Source: Mobula hypostoma
Lineage: Eukaryota
DNA length: 64,000 nt
Assembly: GCF_963921235.1 (NCBI RefSeq)
Contig: NC_086098.1
Location: forward strand, 930,001-994,000
Direction of reading: 5' to 3'
Part shown: positions 26,690 to 39,319 of the stretch, in pieces
Position numbering within the stretch: the first letter of the stretch is position 1
Layout: every line of letters begins with the position of its first letter
Made by a program: the position numbers and the translations under genes
The notes under the pieces: model-generated
The model's input: the letters and a program-made list of their open reading frames with translations, nothing else
Databases searched by the model: none
What the model was told of the DNA's origin: nothing

Positions 26690-26823
26690 ACCAAGATGGC
26701 CGCCCCCATGTCTTGCACGTGGTAGCAGCGTGCAGGGAAGATGGCGACCCCCATGCCTCGCACGTTGTGACTGCGTGCAGGGAAGATGCCAACGGCCAAG
26801 ATGGCGACCCCCATGCCTCGCAC
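26690..26823. repeat. Imperfect tandem repeat upstream of the Gypsy protease
   Basis: Three copies of aagatggc(g/c)-cccccatg-c-t-gcac, encoding repeated WG(S/R)PS units on the minus strand. Confidence 0.8.
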
Positions 26824-27217
26824 TCGTAAGTACATGTTCGGCACAGCACTGTGGTTGAAGGGCCTGTATTGTGCAGTTGGTTTCCTGTGGTTCTATGTTT
26901 CTAACCATAATTCTGTCTCTAGTTCCTTCAAGTCACAAAATTAGCATCTGCCTTTGAGCAGACAAGCAAAGCACCAACGATAACATGAGAGAATGACTTT
27001 TTATACAGAATACTTGGCACATGGAACACCTGCCAGAGTGGCAGTAGAGGTATGTCCATTAGGGACATTTAAGAGAATCTTAGATAGCATAAGAATGATA
27101 GATAAGAGAGACTGCGCCTGTCTGTAAATGGAGTAGCAGCAGTTTTTGTGCTGCTGTCAGTTTTGTTCCTTTCCCCCTAGTTTAAACTTCGAATGTAAAA
27201 TTTTTATTTGCTGATTC

Positions 27218-28057
27218 TTGAAGGGGAATAATATGTCTATGTCTATGAGGAGTGGGAAGAACCTGTCTGAACCTAGTGATAAAGGTAATGGGAAAGGAAA
27301 GGTGCAAAAGGAAAGATCTGATGAAATGCCATCGTGGGCTGAAGATATCGTTCGGACACTGAATTCAATTAAAGATCAGAATGGGTCAATTAAAGACCAA
27401 CTGGAAAAGAATAATAATGAAATGAAGTCATTTCTGGGAAAACTTAAAGACCTGGAAACTCAAGTTATTACACACGAAGAGGAATTAAAGATAACTAAGC
27501 AAAAATTGTTTGAAACTACAACTCGTTTGGAAAGATATCAAAATAAGATTATAGACCTGGAAACTAAGTTTCACCAAAGGAATATACGAATTGTTGGGCT
27601 GCAAGAAGGAGCTGAAGATGGAGATTTAACTGCTTACTTTGGTAAGCTTTTTCATACCTTATCTCCTACCATATTATCACAGCCGCCTGCTATAGAAAGA
27701 GCGCACAGAGCTTTTACTTCAAAATCTAAAGATCCAAATAAACCAAGGTCTGTTTTGGTTTGTTTTCATCACTTTAAAATTAAAGATCAAGTAATGTGAC
27801 AGGCAAGAAAACAGGGAGTTTTTAGATTTAAGGAATCTGAGCTCCGTTTTTATGAGGATTATCCAAAGGAGGTAATGGAACAAAGATCAAAATTTGCTCT
27901 GGTAATGAAACAGGCATATGATAAGAAACTGTTCCCTTCCTTGCGTTACCCAGAAGAATTAAAGTTTTTCCTCCTAATTCTCCTCCTCGTACATTTTTTG
28001 ATCCTCAAGTTGCACTGGCGTTCGTTCAAACTATACCTGCTGCAACTGCCGAATTAA
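27218..28057 (+). pseudogene. L1 ORF1 (coiled coil + RRM + CTD), with in-frame stop and frameshift
   Basis: RNIRIVGLQEGAE, IERAHRA and PRSVLVCFHHF motifs of the L1 ORF1 family. Stop at 27797-27799. Confidence 0.88.
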
Positions 28058-28160
28058 CTGTCTGGAAGGCTTCTTGGTTATCTGTATATTATTGGCACAT
28101 CCAAAAGAAGATTTATGATGATTACTTGCACATTTCATTGAGAGACTATTAAAAGAAGAT

Positions 28161-29072
28161 CACAAGATAACAAGACAAAGGAGCAGAAGTAGGCCATTCA
28201 GCCCATCGAGTCTGCTCCACAGCTCCCCCATGAGCTAAACTATTCACCCATCTAGTTCCAATTTCCAGCTTTTTCCCCATATCCCTTGATACCCTGACTA
28301 ACTAGATACCTGTCAACCTCCTCCTTAAACACCCTCAATGATCGGGCCTCCACAGCTGTATGTGGCAATGAATTCCACAAATCCACGACCCTCTGGCTAA
28401 AAAAATTTCTCCTCATCTCTGTTTTAACTGGGTACCCTCTAATTCTAAGGCTATGGCCTCTTGTCCTGGACTCACCCACCAAGGGAAACAACCTTTCCAC
28501 ATCTACTCTGTCCAACCCTTTCAACATTCGAAATGTTTCTATGAGATCCCCTCTCATTCTTCTATACTCTAATGAATACAGTCCAAGAGCCGACAGACGC
28601 TCCTCATATGTTAGCCCCTGCATTCCAGGAATCATCCTCGTAAATCTTCTCTGAACTCTCTCCAACATCAGTACATCCTTTCTAAAATAGGGTGCCCAAA
28701 ACTGCACACAGTATTCCAAATGAGGTCTCACTGATGCCCCATAGAGCCTCATCAACACCTCCTTACTCTTATACACTATTCCTCTTGAACTGAATGCCAA
28801 CATAGCATTCGCTTTCCTTACCGCCGATCCAATTTGGTGGTTAACCTTTAGGGTATCCTGCACGAGGACCCCCCAAGTCCCTTTGCATTTCCGCTTTTTG
28901 AATTTTCTCCCCATCTAAATATTAATCTGCCCGATTATTTCTTCTTCCAAGATGTACAACCGTACATTTGTCAATGTTGTATCTCATCTGCCATTTCTTT
29001 GCCCACTCTCCTAAACTGACTAAGTCTCTCTGCAACCTTTCTGTCTCTTCAACATTTCCTGCTCCTCCACCT
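28161..29072 (-). mobile_element. CR1 3' fragment (TCTTGTGA tail) in the L1 spacer, TSD aagat
   Basis: ORF 28252..28914 is nearly identical to the C-terminus of 11941..13188. aagat at 28156-28160 and 29073-29077. Confidence 0.9.
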
Positions 29073-29100
29073 AAGATAAGGGGATTTGTTGATTATTGCA

Positions 29101-29677
29101 TATAACTATATAACAATTACAGCACAAAAACAGGCTATCTCGGCCCTTCTAGTCCGTGCCGAACTCTTACTCTCACCTAGTCCCACCGACCTGCACTCAG
29201 CCCATAACCCTCCATTCCTTTCCTGTCCATATATCTATCCAATTTAACTTTAAACGACAACATCAAACCTGCCTCAACCACTTCTGCTGGAAGCTCGTTC
29301 CACACAGCTACCACTCTGAGTGAAGAAGTTCCCCTCATATTACCCCTAAGCTTTTGCTCTTTAACTCTCAACTCATATCCTCTTGTTGAATCTCCCCCAT
29401 TCTCAATGGAAAAAAGCCTATCCACGTCAATTCTATCAATCCCCCTCTTAATTTTAAATACCTCTATCAAGTCCCCCCTCAACCTTCTACGCTCCAAAGA
29501 ATAAAGACCTAACTTGTTCAACCTTTCTCTGTAACTTAGGAGATGAAACCCAGGCAACATTTTAGTAAATCTTCTCTGTACTCTCTCAATTTTATTGACA
29601 TCTTTCCTATAATTCGGTGACCAGAACTGTACACAATACTCCAAATTTGGCCTTACCAATGCCTTATACAATTTCAA
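29101..29677 (-). mobile_element. CR1 3' fragment (GGTTATAT tail) in the L1 spacer
   Basis: ORF 29177..29710 (LYKALVRPNLEYCVQFWSP); tail tataactatataacaattacagc. Confidence 0.9.
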
Positions 29678-30856
29678 TTGGCTTTTTTGGAAAGAAGATC
29701 TATGGTTCAAGTATGACTGTTTAAATAGTTAATCGGACATTCAAATGAGAAAAAGAAGATAAAGGGACTTGTTCCTTTAACCTAATATCTGGTTTGATGA
29801 TTTTTTTGTTTCTTTCTTAATTAATTAATTGGTAGTTTTTCCTACTAATGGGGCTATTTTATATATATATGTTTAGGGGAGAGTTTAATTACTTATACAA
29901 TATAACTAGTTGGTATTTTTGAAAATTTAGTTGGGTTAAATATGCTATTAACTTTTTTTGCTTTTTGTAGTGTCTTATAATTGACTTTAAAGCTTTTTTT
30001 AGGGATTTAATGTTAAGTTTAAAATGGCACTTTTTTTTAAGAGATAACATTATTTTGGTTCTCTCTTGTTTAAAAAAAGATTAAATATAAACATGGGATA
30101 GTTTGTAGATGCTGGAATGTAAACACTTTCCTTTGGTGAGACTCTGTTGTTCCTCTTACAAGGTCAGTGGGTTTTGTTTTTTTTTAAACTAGGGGGAGGG
30201 AGAGAATCTTTTAAATTTTTTTTTGTACAGACAGAGCAGTCCCTGGCTTCGTATTCTATCATAGGGTGCCTGCTTTTTTTTGGGCTATAGGGGGAGTGGA
30301 GTGGAGTTAGAGTTAGGGGTTTTTTCCCATTGGGTGGTTCAGGAGCGTGAGTGTTTTCTATGTGGTTGTATTCTTCATCGCCGCCATTTTTGCTCATCCT
30401 GTATTGGTATGGGTATGTGCTCTGCGCATGTGTAAAGTAGAATAAAATGATAGTATGGTAGTTAAACGGATTAATGTAATAAGTTGGAATGTACGTGGTT
30501 GGAATCATCCTATCAAACGAAAAAAGAATTTTAAAATCATTAACTGATTCCAACCGGATATCATTTTTGCCCAAGAGACACATATCACAGCGGGAGATCA
30601 AAATAGATTTTTTGGATGGTGGAGGGGTTTGAAATTTCACTCCACTTCTCAGAGTAAAACTAAGGGAGTGTCCATCTTTATTAAATCCAATATATTTGCT
30701 CAAGAGGATATTGAGTCAGATTCTAATTGTACATTTTTAATTGTTAAAGGAGTAATCTGTAACAGAAAAGTTGATTTCATCAATTTGTACAGTCCTAACT
30801 TAGATGATCCTTTTACAAAAAGGTATTTGTTTTACTGCCTGATTTAAAAGAATATA

Positions 30857-32484
30857 CAGGTTGCCCCCGCCATCTGAAGGTAGAGCATTCCTATGAAACG
30901 GTTCGTAAGCCGAAATGTCGTAAAGCAAAGAAGTAATTACCATTTATTTATATGAGAAAATTTTGTGAGCGTTCGCAGACCCAAAAATAACCTACCAAAT
31001 CATGCCAAATAATACATAAAACCTAAAATAACAGTAACGTATAGTAAAAGCAGGAATGATATGATAAATACACAGCCTATATAAAGTAGAAATACTTTTC
31101 CACAATCATTACTGCACTGTTCTCCGTAGCGAAAATCTCACGCAAGCGCCATTGGCAAAAACACAACGCAAGCACTCTCCAGTAACCTCTATGTTATGAA
31201 GCTGCCAAATCATACCAAATAATACTTAAAAATACACAGCCTATATAAAGTAGAAATAATGTATGTACAGTGTAGTATCACTTACCGGAATCGGGACAGC
31301 GCTGAGCGCACTGATGATGGTGTGTTAGGCTGAGTTGTCACAAGTTGAGGTGGTGCAGTGGCCCCCACCCTCCGGGCCACCAACCGATACCAATCGGCGA
31401 AGCATGTAGGGGGTGCAGCGGTAGCTGGGAGGCACACAGTACATCTTTAAGAAAAAAGCCGAAACAAACATGCTAATTAATTAGGTGCCACCCGGCACGT
31501 AATTGTCGGCCCAGATCAGTGCCGATTTCCAATTGCATCGTCTCTGATCTGGGCTGACAATTACGTGTCAGGTGGCACCTAATTAATTGGCATGTTTATT
31601 TCGGCTTTTTTCTTAAAGATGTGCTGTGTGCCTTCCGACTACCGCTGCATTCTCCGCGAATGGGTATCTGTCCGTGGCCTGGGGGTTGGGGTTGTGGGAC
31701 ACTGGGGTGTCATCTCGTCATCATCTGTTTCCATGAGGGCAGGCAGCTCATCTTCTAACTCTACCCGCCTCAATGTCGAAGGTTGAGGTTCGTCGTCTGC
31801 TGTGGCTGATGTGGAAGGCTTGCTTGACTGCTGAGCCTTGCGCATTTTTCTATCACATAGTTCTTTGTAAGAACTCAAACCATCTTGCAAATATCCCCTA
31901 AACGTACATACCCTTTCAAAATTAAAGTCGTACTTTATCATTGCAGCGAAAATCTTATGCAGTTGCTTCACGTTCATTTCGCTACTGCATTCGGTTTCGA
32001 TTGTTATCCTTTTTTCTTCCAATTGCATCAGCTCTTCATCTATCAGATCTTGGTCATGAGATGCCAAAATCTCTACAACATCATGTTCGTCAGCTTCCAC
32101 AAGCCAAACTCACTTGGTCCTTACTTCGTTCACCAGGATCGAAACGCTTAATTATGTCTAGTTTTACGCTAAGTGTCACACCCTTACGAGCTCTTTTAGG
32201 ATTTTCCGATACCATAGAACTCAACTTGCAAACGACTGCTCACAGGCATGTGTTTAAGCAATGCCAGCGAGAATGCAGTTCCGAATCCGGGGGAGAGCAG
32301 TTGATCGGGGCGCGTGCTGCCTTTTATCGCGCGCTGATTTTTTCACGCGCTGATTTTTTATCGTGCGCTGCCTTTCTTCGTAACAGTGAAAACACCTTCT
32401 GAAAGCGAAAACAGGGTTCTAATGTAGGTCTTTTGTAATAGTGAGGTTTCGTAAAGCAAACGTTCGAAAAGCAGGGGACACCTG
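30857..32484 (-). mobile_element. Tigger/pogo-family DNA transposon, internal-deletion derivative, TA TSD
   Basis: TA|CAGG...CCTG|TA ends with imperfect TIRs. N-terminal HTH start MVSENPKRARKGVTLSVKLDIIKRF (ATG at 32215, minus) sits next to a Tigger-like C-terminus (ORF 31639..32100); the DDE core is absent. Removing it restores L1 ...DLKEYMLIMGGDFN. Confidence 0.88.
31362..31690. repeat. Long inverted repeat (palindrome) inside the Tigger element
   Basis: The arm tgcagcggtagc...acatctttaagaaaaaagccgaaa...cccagatcag pairs with ctgatctggg...tttcggcttttttcttaaagatgt...ctaccgctgca (core 31414-31649). Confidence 0.92.
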
Positions 32485-34616
32485 TATGTTGATAATGGGT
32501 GGGGATTTTAACTGTTATTTAAATCCTTTGATTGAGAAGAGCTCAACCAATCAGCGACTTCCAAATTGCTCCGCGTCACTTATTAACTCCTTTTTGACTG
32601 ATTTTGGATTGATTGAATTGTGGAGATATTTACACCCTGATAACAGAGAATATTCTTTTTATCACGTTTATAAAAAATGTTCGAAGATTGATTACATTAT
32701 AATTGATCCTCACTTCTTGCCTTGTGTTAAGAATTGTGAATATGACGCTATTGCTATATCTGATCATGCGCCTCTGGGTTTGTCTTTCAAATTTGACGAT
32801 GTCATTCTTGCCCGCCCACCATGGCGCATGTATCAGACATTATTGCAGAACTCTGACTTTGTCAGCTTTATTGAAACCCAGATAAAATAATTTTTTCTTT
32901 TTAATGATATGGGGGTATGTCTTAATTAATCATATGGGATACATTTAAAGCATTTTTACGTGGTCAGATCATTTCTTATTCAGCTAAGCTTAAAAAAACA
33001 GACTAAAGAAGAATTAGATAAGATTTCAAAACAAATTAAAGACTTAGATAATATTTATGCAATTCCCCCAAATAATGATTTATTCAAACAAAGGGTGGAA
33101 CTTCAATCACAATATAATCTATTATTAACTCATCCTATTGAAGGCTATTTGCTTAAGTTAAAGAGCCAATTTTATATGTTTGGAGATAAAAGTAACAAAC
33201 TACTTGCATCTCAATTAAAAACGGCCAGAGCCAAAAGGGAAATTTTGAAAATCCGCAGGAAAGGTGGTACCCTGGCTTGAGAATATGAAGAAATTAATAA
33301 GATTTTTCAAGATTTTTATACTGAACTTTATAAATCTCAATGTCCAGTAGATTCTTCTAAAATGAATGCTTTCTTACAAAAGATTGTTTTTCCTCAAATT
33401 TCTGTTGAGGATCAAAAAACTCTTGATGCCCAAATTACTGCAGCAGAAATTCATAAAGCTATTTTTTCAATACAGTCTGATAAGGCCCCTGGACTTGATG
33501 GCTATCCTGTAGAATTTTATAAGAAATTTGGAAAATTGCTATCTCCGTACATGTTGGAAATATTTAAGGAATCTTTTGTGAAAGGTGATTTACCCTCTAC
33601 TTTTTATGAGGCTTCTATTTCTGTAATTCTTAAAATGGATAAAGGCCCTATTGATTGTGCCTCATATAGACCTATTTCATTATTGAATGTTGATGCTAAG
33701 ATTCTGTCAAAGATAAAGGCCAATTGGTTGTAGAATATTTTGGGTAAAATTATTTTTAAAGATCAAACAAGCTTTATAAAGTGTCGTTATTCTTTTTCGA
33801 ATGTTCGAAGATTATTTAACATTACATATTCGTCCTCTTTTAAAACTCAACAATGCGTCGTCTCTTTGGATGCTGAAAAAACGTTCGATCGAGTCGAATG
33901 GAAATATTTATTTAATGTTTTAGAGAAATTTGGCTTTGGTATTAATTTTAATAATTGGATTAGAATGATATATAAAACATCTATTGCTACAGTTATTACT
34001 AATAACTGTAGATCCCCTTTTTTCAGCTTTCACAGGGGACAAGACAAGGTTGTCCATTAAGTTCTTTGTTATTTAATTTAATACTAGAACCCCTTGCTAT
34101 TGTTCTTCATGAAGCTAAAGATATTTATGAGGTTTTTGTGAATGAGACCATTCATAAGATTGGGCTGATGATTTACTGGTTTATATACCCAATCCTGAGG
34201 AATCTATTCCTGCCTTGCTAAAATTAGTTAATGAATCTGGAGATTTTTCAGGATATGAAATAAATTTTAGTAAAAGTGAACTGTTTCCTTTAAATGAATC
34301 TGTTTCTATATATGGTAATACTCCTTTCAAAGTCACAGATTCCTTTAGATATTTAGCTGTTATAATCACTAAAGAGTATAAGGATCTTTATGAAGCTAGT
34401 TTTGTTCCCTTGATAGATTCTATGAAGTACTTATTTAGTAGATGGAACCCACTTACATTTTCACTTGTTGGTCGCATCCATATAGTCAAAATGATGATTT
34501 TACCAACATTTTCATATTTATTTCAAAATATCCCTGTTTTTCTGATGAAGAAGTTTTTTGATTGTACTGGTTCTATTATTTTATCTTTTATTTGGAATAA
34601 TAAAAGACCAAGAATT

Positions 34617-37397
34617 GGATTGATACCTAGAAGTATGAGGTGGTAGCTATTAGTGAAACATGGTTACAGGAGGGGTGTGATTGGCAACAAAATATTCCTG
34701 GATTTAATTGCTTCAGGTGTGATAGAATCGGAGGGACAAGAGGGGGAGGGGTTGCATTGCTTGTCAGAGAAAATAGTACAGTGGTGTTCTGGCAGGATAG
34801 ATTAGAGGGCACGTCTAGGGAGGCTATTTGGGTGGAAATGAGGAATGGAAAAGGTGCAGTAACACTTATAGGGGTGTATATTATAGACCACCAAATGGGG
34901 AGCGAGAATTGGAGGAGCTAATTGGTAAGGAGATAGCAGATATTAGTAGTAGACTGGGAAGCCCATACTGTAAAAGGGCCCATACTGTAAAAGGATGGTT
35001 TGGAGTTTGTAAAATGTGTGCAAGATAGTTTTTTGCAGCAATACATAGAGATACCAACTAGAGAAGGGGAAGTGTTGGATCTCCTGTTAGGGAATGAGAT
35101 AGGGCAGGTGACGGAGGTATGTGTTGGGAAGCACTCCGGTCCAGTAATCACAATACCATTAGTTTCAATATAATTATGGAGAAGGATAGGACTGGACCCA
35201 GGGTTGAGATTTTTGATTGGAGAAAGGCTAACTTTGAGGAGATGTGAAAGGATTTAGAAGGAGTGGATTGGGACAATTTGTTTTATGGGAAGGATGTAAT
35301 AGAGAAATGGAGGTCATTTAAAGGTGAAATTTTGAGGGTACAGGATCTTTATGTTCCTGTTAGGTTGAAAGGAAAGGTTAAAAGTTTGAGAGAGTCATGG
35401 TTTTCAAGGGATATTGGAAACTTGGTTCAGAAAAAAAGAGAGTTCTACAATAAATATAGACAGCATGGAGTGAATGAGGTGCTCAAGGAATATAAAGAAT
35501 GGAAAAAGAATCTTAAGAAAGAAATTAGAAAAGCTAAAAGAAGATATGAGGTTGCTTTGGAAAGTAAGGTGAAAATAAACCCAAAGGGTTTCTACCGTTA
35601 TATAAGTAGCAAAAGGATAGTGAGGGATAAAATTGGTCCCTTAGAGAATCAGAGTGGATGGCTATGTGTGGAGCCAAAAGAGATAAGGGATATTCTTAAC
35701 AATTTCTTTTCTTTGGTGTTCACTAAGTAGAAGGATATTGAATTGTGGAAGATAAGGGAAACGGGTAGGGAAGTTATAGAAACTATGATGATTAAAGAAG
35801 AAGAAGTACTGAAGCTTTTACGGAAAATAAAAGTGGATAAGTCTCCGAGTCTTGACAGAATATTCCCTAGGACCTTGAGGGAAGTTAGTGTGGAAATAGC
35901 AGGGGCTCTGACAGAAATATTTCAAATGACATTAGAAATGGGGATGTGGCGTATTGCTCATGTTGTTCCATTGTTTAAAAAAGGGTCTAAGAGTAAGCCT
36001 AACAATTATCTGCCTGTGAGTTTGATGTCACTGGTGGGCAAATTGATGGAAAGTATTCTTAGAGATGGTATATATAATTATCTGGATAGACAGGGTCTGA
36101 TTGGGGACTGTCAACGTGGATTTGTGCGTGGAAGGTCATGTTTGACAAATCTTATTGAATTTTTTGAAGAGGTTACTAGGAATGTTGACGAGGGTAAAGT
36201 GGTGGATGTTGATTATATGGACTTCAGTAAGGCTTTGGACAAGATCCCACACAGAAGGATGGTTAGGAAGGTTCAATTGTTAGGTATTAATATTGAAGTA
36301 GTAAAATGGATTCAGCAGTGGCTGGATGGGAGACGCCAGAGAGTGGTGGTGGAAAACTGTTTGTCAGATTGGAGGCCGGTGACAAGTGGTGTACCTCAGG
36401 GATCTGTACTGGGTCCAATGTTATTTGTCATATACATTAATGATCTGGATGATGGGGTGGTAAATTGGATTAGTAAGTATGCAGATGACACTAAGATAGG
36501 TGGAGTTGTGGATAATGAAGTAGGTTTTCAAAGCTTGCAGAGAGATTTAGGCCAGTTAGAAGAGTGGGCTGAAAGATGGCAGATGGAGTTTAATGCTGAT
36601 AAATGTGAGGTGCTACACTTCGATAGAACTAATCAAAATAGGACATACATGGTAAATAGTAGGGCATTAAAGAATGCAGTAGAAGAGAGGGATCTAGGAA
36701 TAATGGTGCATAGTTCCCTGAAGGTGGAATCTCATGTGGATAGGGTGGTGAAGAAAGCTTTTGGTATGCTGGCCTTTATAAATCAGAGCATTGAGTATAG
36801 GAGTTGGGACATAATGTTGAAATTGTACAAGGCATTGGTGAGGCCAAATTTGGAGTATTGTGTACAGTTTTGGTCGCCAAATTATAGGAAAGATGTCAAC
36901 AAAATAGAGAGAGTACAGAGAAGGTTTACTAGAATGTTATCTACATTTTATCACCTAAGTTACAGAGAAAGGTTGAACAAGTTGGGTCTTTAATCTTTGG
37001 AATGTAGAAGATTGAGGGGGGACTTGATAGAGGTATTTAAAATTATGAGGGAGATTGGTAGAGTTGACGTGGATAGGCTTTTTCCATTGAGAGTGGGGGA
37101 GATTCAAACAAGAGGACATGAGTTGAGAGTTAAAGGGCAAAAGTTTAGGGGTAACATGAAGGGGAACTTCTTTACTCAGAGAGTGGTGGCTGTGTGGAAC
37201 AAGCTTCCAGCAGAAGTGGTTGAGGCAGGTTCGATGTTGTCGTTGAAAGTTAAACTGGACAGCTATATGGACAGGAAAGGAATGGAGAGTTATGGGCTGG
37301 GTGCAGGTCAGTGGGACTAGGTGAGAGTAAGAGTTTGGCATGGACTAGAAGGGCCGAGATGGCCTGTTTCCATGCTGTAATTATTATATGGTTATAT
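34617..37397 (+). mobile_element. CR1 LINE (GGTTATAT tail) inserted in L1 ORF2, TSD aagaatt
   Basis: Endonuclease (ISETW) through RT ORF 35743..36993 (KYADD). aagaatt at 34610-34616 and 37398-37404. Confidence 0.92.
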
Positions 37398-39018
37398 AAG
37401 AATTAATAAATGTCACTTACAAAAGTTGAAAAAGCATGGAAGTCTCGCTTTGCCTAATTTAAGAATGTATTACTGGGCTGTTAATCTGCGATATATGTCC
37501 TTTTGGTTACACTGGGTTGATAAGAACGATCGGCCAGTTTGGGTAGATTTGGAATTGAAAGCTGCGAAACAATTTTATTTAACCTCGTTATTCGGAACTG
37601 CTTTACCTATACAATTAGCTAAAGTTGCTAATTTAAATTTATACCCTGTGATTAAGCATTCTTTACAAACTTGGCTCCAGTTTCGTAATTTTTTTAATGT
37701 TAAAAAATTTAAACTCTGTAGTTTAATTTACCAAAATTACTTTTTTAAGCCTTCTTTGAGTGATCCAATTTTTTTTACTTTGGAAAAATAAAGGTATTAA
37801 TTCTTTTCTGGATTTATTTAAAGAAGATAGACTGATGTCTTTTGAACAATTAGTTGATAAATACTCTCTTTCATACCCACACTTTTTACAATACCTTCAA
37901 GTTAGACATATCTTACAAAGATATTTAAGTAATTTTCCTTACATATTGGATGCCGACCTGTTGGGTACTATTACGAGTATGAACCCTTTGATGAAGGGTT
38001 CTGTTGGAAGAATTTATAATTTACTATTACAATGGGATAAGCGTCCTTTATTTAAGATTAAACAAGATTAGGAAAAGGAACTTAATTTGACTTTTATGAT
38101 GGAGGACTGGAGGCAGATTCTAAAGTTGGTTAACTCTTCTTCGATTTGTGCTAGTCATTCACTGATTCAATTTAAAATTGTACATCGTTACTATTTGATG
38201 AAGGAGAGACTGTCTGAGATATTCCCTAAGGTTGATAGTTATTGTGATAGATGTAAAACTGAGACAGCTACACTGACACACATGTTTTGGTCCTGTTCTA
38301 TAGTGGAACAGTTCTGGAAGTCATTTTTTTCTGCAATTTCTAAAGCACTTAAAATTAATTTAGAACCTAACAAATTAACTATGCTTCTTGGAATAATTCC
38401 TCAAAATATCCGTGTATCTCTTTGTCTGACCAACATGTTATTGCATTTGTTACATTGATAGCTAGGAGGGCCATTTTGTTGAAATGGAAGGATACATCGG
38501 CTCCCATTTTGTCACAATGGTTCTCTCAAGTTGTGCTATGTCTTAGTTTGAAGAAAATTAGAAGTCGAACTTTTGAACCTATGTTTGATTTTGAGAAAAG
38601 ATTGGGTTCCTTTGCTCGTTACTATCATTTGAGTTAACTGATAGATTTCCTCCACGATCTAATTGTAAATTTTCGGTACATTTTTCTTCTTGCTGGTGGT
38701 TTGATGTTTATCTTTAGAAACTTTTTGTATGACACATGGCCCCGGGGGTGAACACCTAATGTTTTTTTTTCTCACTTTTCCTTGCTCAGTAGGCATTTTT
38801 TTTCTCTCTCTTTTTTTGTCACCAAAATTTTTTCAATCTTTAAAACAATATTTTTTTCTTGAGACATTGGAAGTGTTGCCTACTTCGATATACTCTTGTT
38901 AATTTTGGATAATAATAATAAAAAGATTTGAAAAGAAGGAATGATAGGTAAATGGAGGGCTATGTGGGAGGGAAGAGTTAGATTCAACATGAAGTAGTTT
39001 GAAAGATTGACACAATAT

Positions 39019-39174
39019 TGTGAGCTGAAGGACCTGTACAGTGTTGTAATGTTCTACCTGTGAGCTGAAGGATCTGTACTGTGCTGTAATGTTCTATTTG
39101 TGATCTGAAGGACTGTACTGTGATGTAATGTCTACCTGTGATCTGAAGGACCTGTACGGTCTGTAATGTTCTAT
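39019..39174 (+). repeat. Four tandem ~40-bp copies of a CR1 3' terminus
   Basis: Unit tgtgagctgaaggacctgtac(a/t)gtg-tgtaatgttctac; compare the CR1 end tgtgggccgaagggcctgtactgtgctgtactgttcta at 5743-5780. Confidence 0.85.
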
Positions 39175-39319
39175 CTGTTGAGCTCAATGCAAGTAATAGT
39201 CTTTAATGCTGAAAGGAGAGCTAATCTGGATAATAAGCAAATGCATCTGTGAATGAGGGCAGTGTAGAAGTAAGATAAAAGAATTAAAATAATTGCAGTA
39301 GGACCGAGCAATCTGTTAA

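Larger units (their letters stand above)
19197..26828 (-). mobile_element. Ty3/Gypsy LTR retrotransposon remnant (PR-RT-RH-IN); gag and 5' LTR missing; split by CR1 at 21915-26212
   Basis: Protease CLFDIGSTESFI (26253..26849). RT with YTAF, VPFGITN and YLDN (catalytic D lost; 21234..21746). RNase H ESDASD/EKEA. Integrase HHCC plus VDFK...HSDRG (20001..21221). PPT and LTR present. Confidence 0.92.
30455..38637 (+). pseudogene. L1 ORF2 (APE endonuclease-RT-CCHC), fragmented
   Basis: ISWNVRG start at 30455, then QETH, MGGDFN, SDH, KAPGLDG, YRPISLLNVDAKI, SLDAEKTFDRVEW, and C-terminal CDRC...HMFWSC. Many stops and frameshifts. The YADD codons are damaged near 34160. Confidence 0.9.
27102..38938 (+). 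mobile_element. Full-length degenerate L1/Tx1-like LINE, 9-bp TSD gaatgatag, inserted in an old CR1 3' end
   Basis: ORF1, T-rich spacer, ORF2 and a 3' AATAAA/A-rich end are all present. TSD at 27093-27101 and 38939-38947. The flanks rejoin into a CR1 3' end (ttagatag...gatag...atggagggctatg). Confidence 0.9.

Noticed and set aside
31639..32100. Host TIGD-type gene
   Set aside because: It lies between TIRs with a TA TSD inside a dead L1 and lacks the DDE domain.
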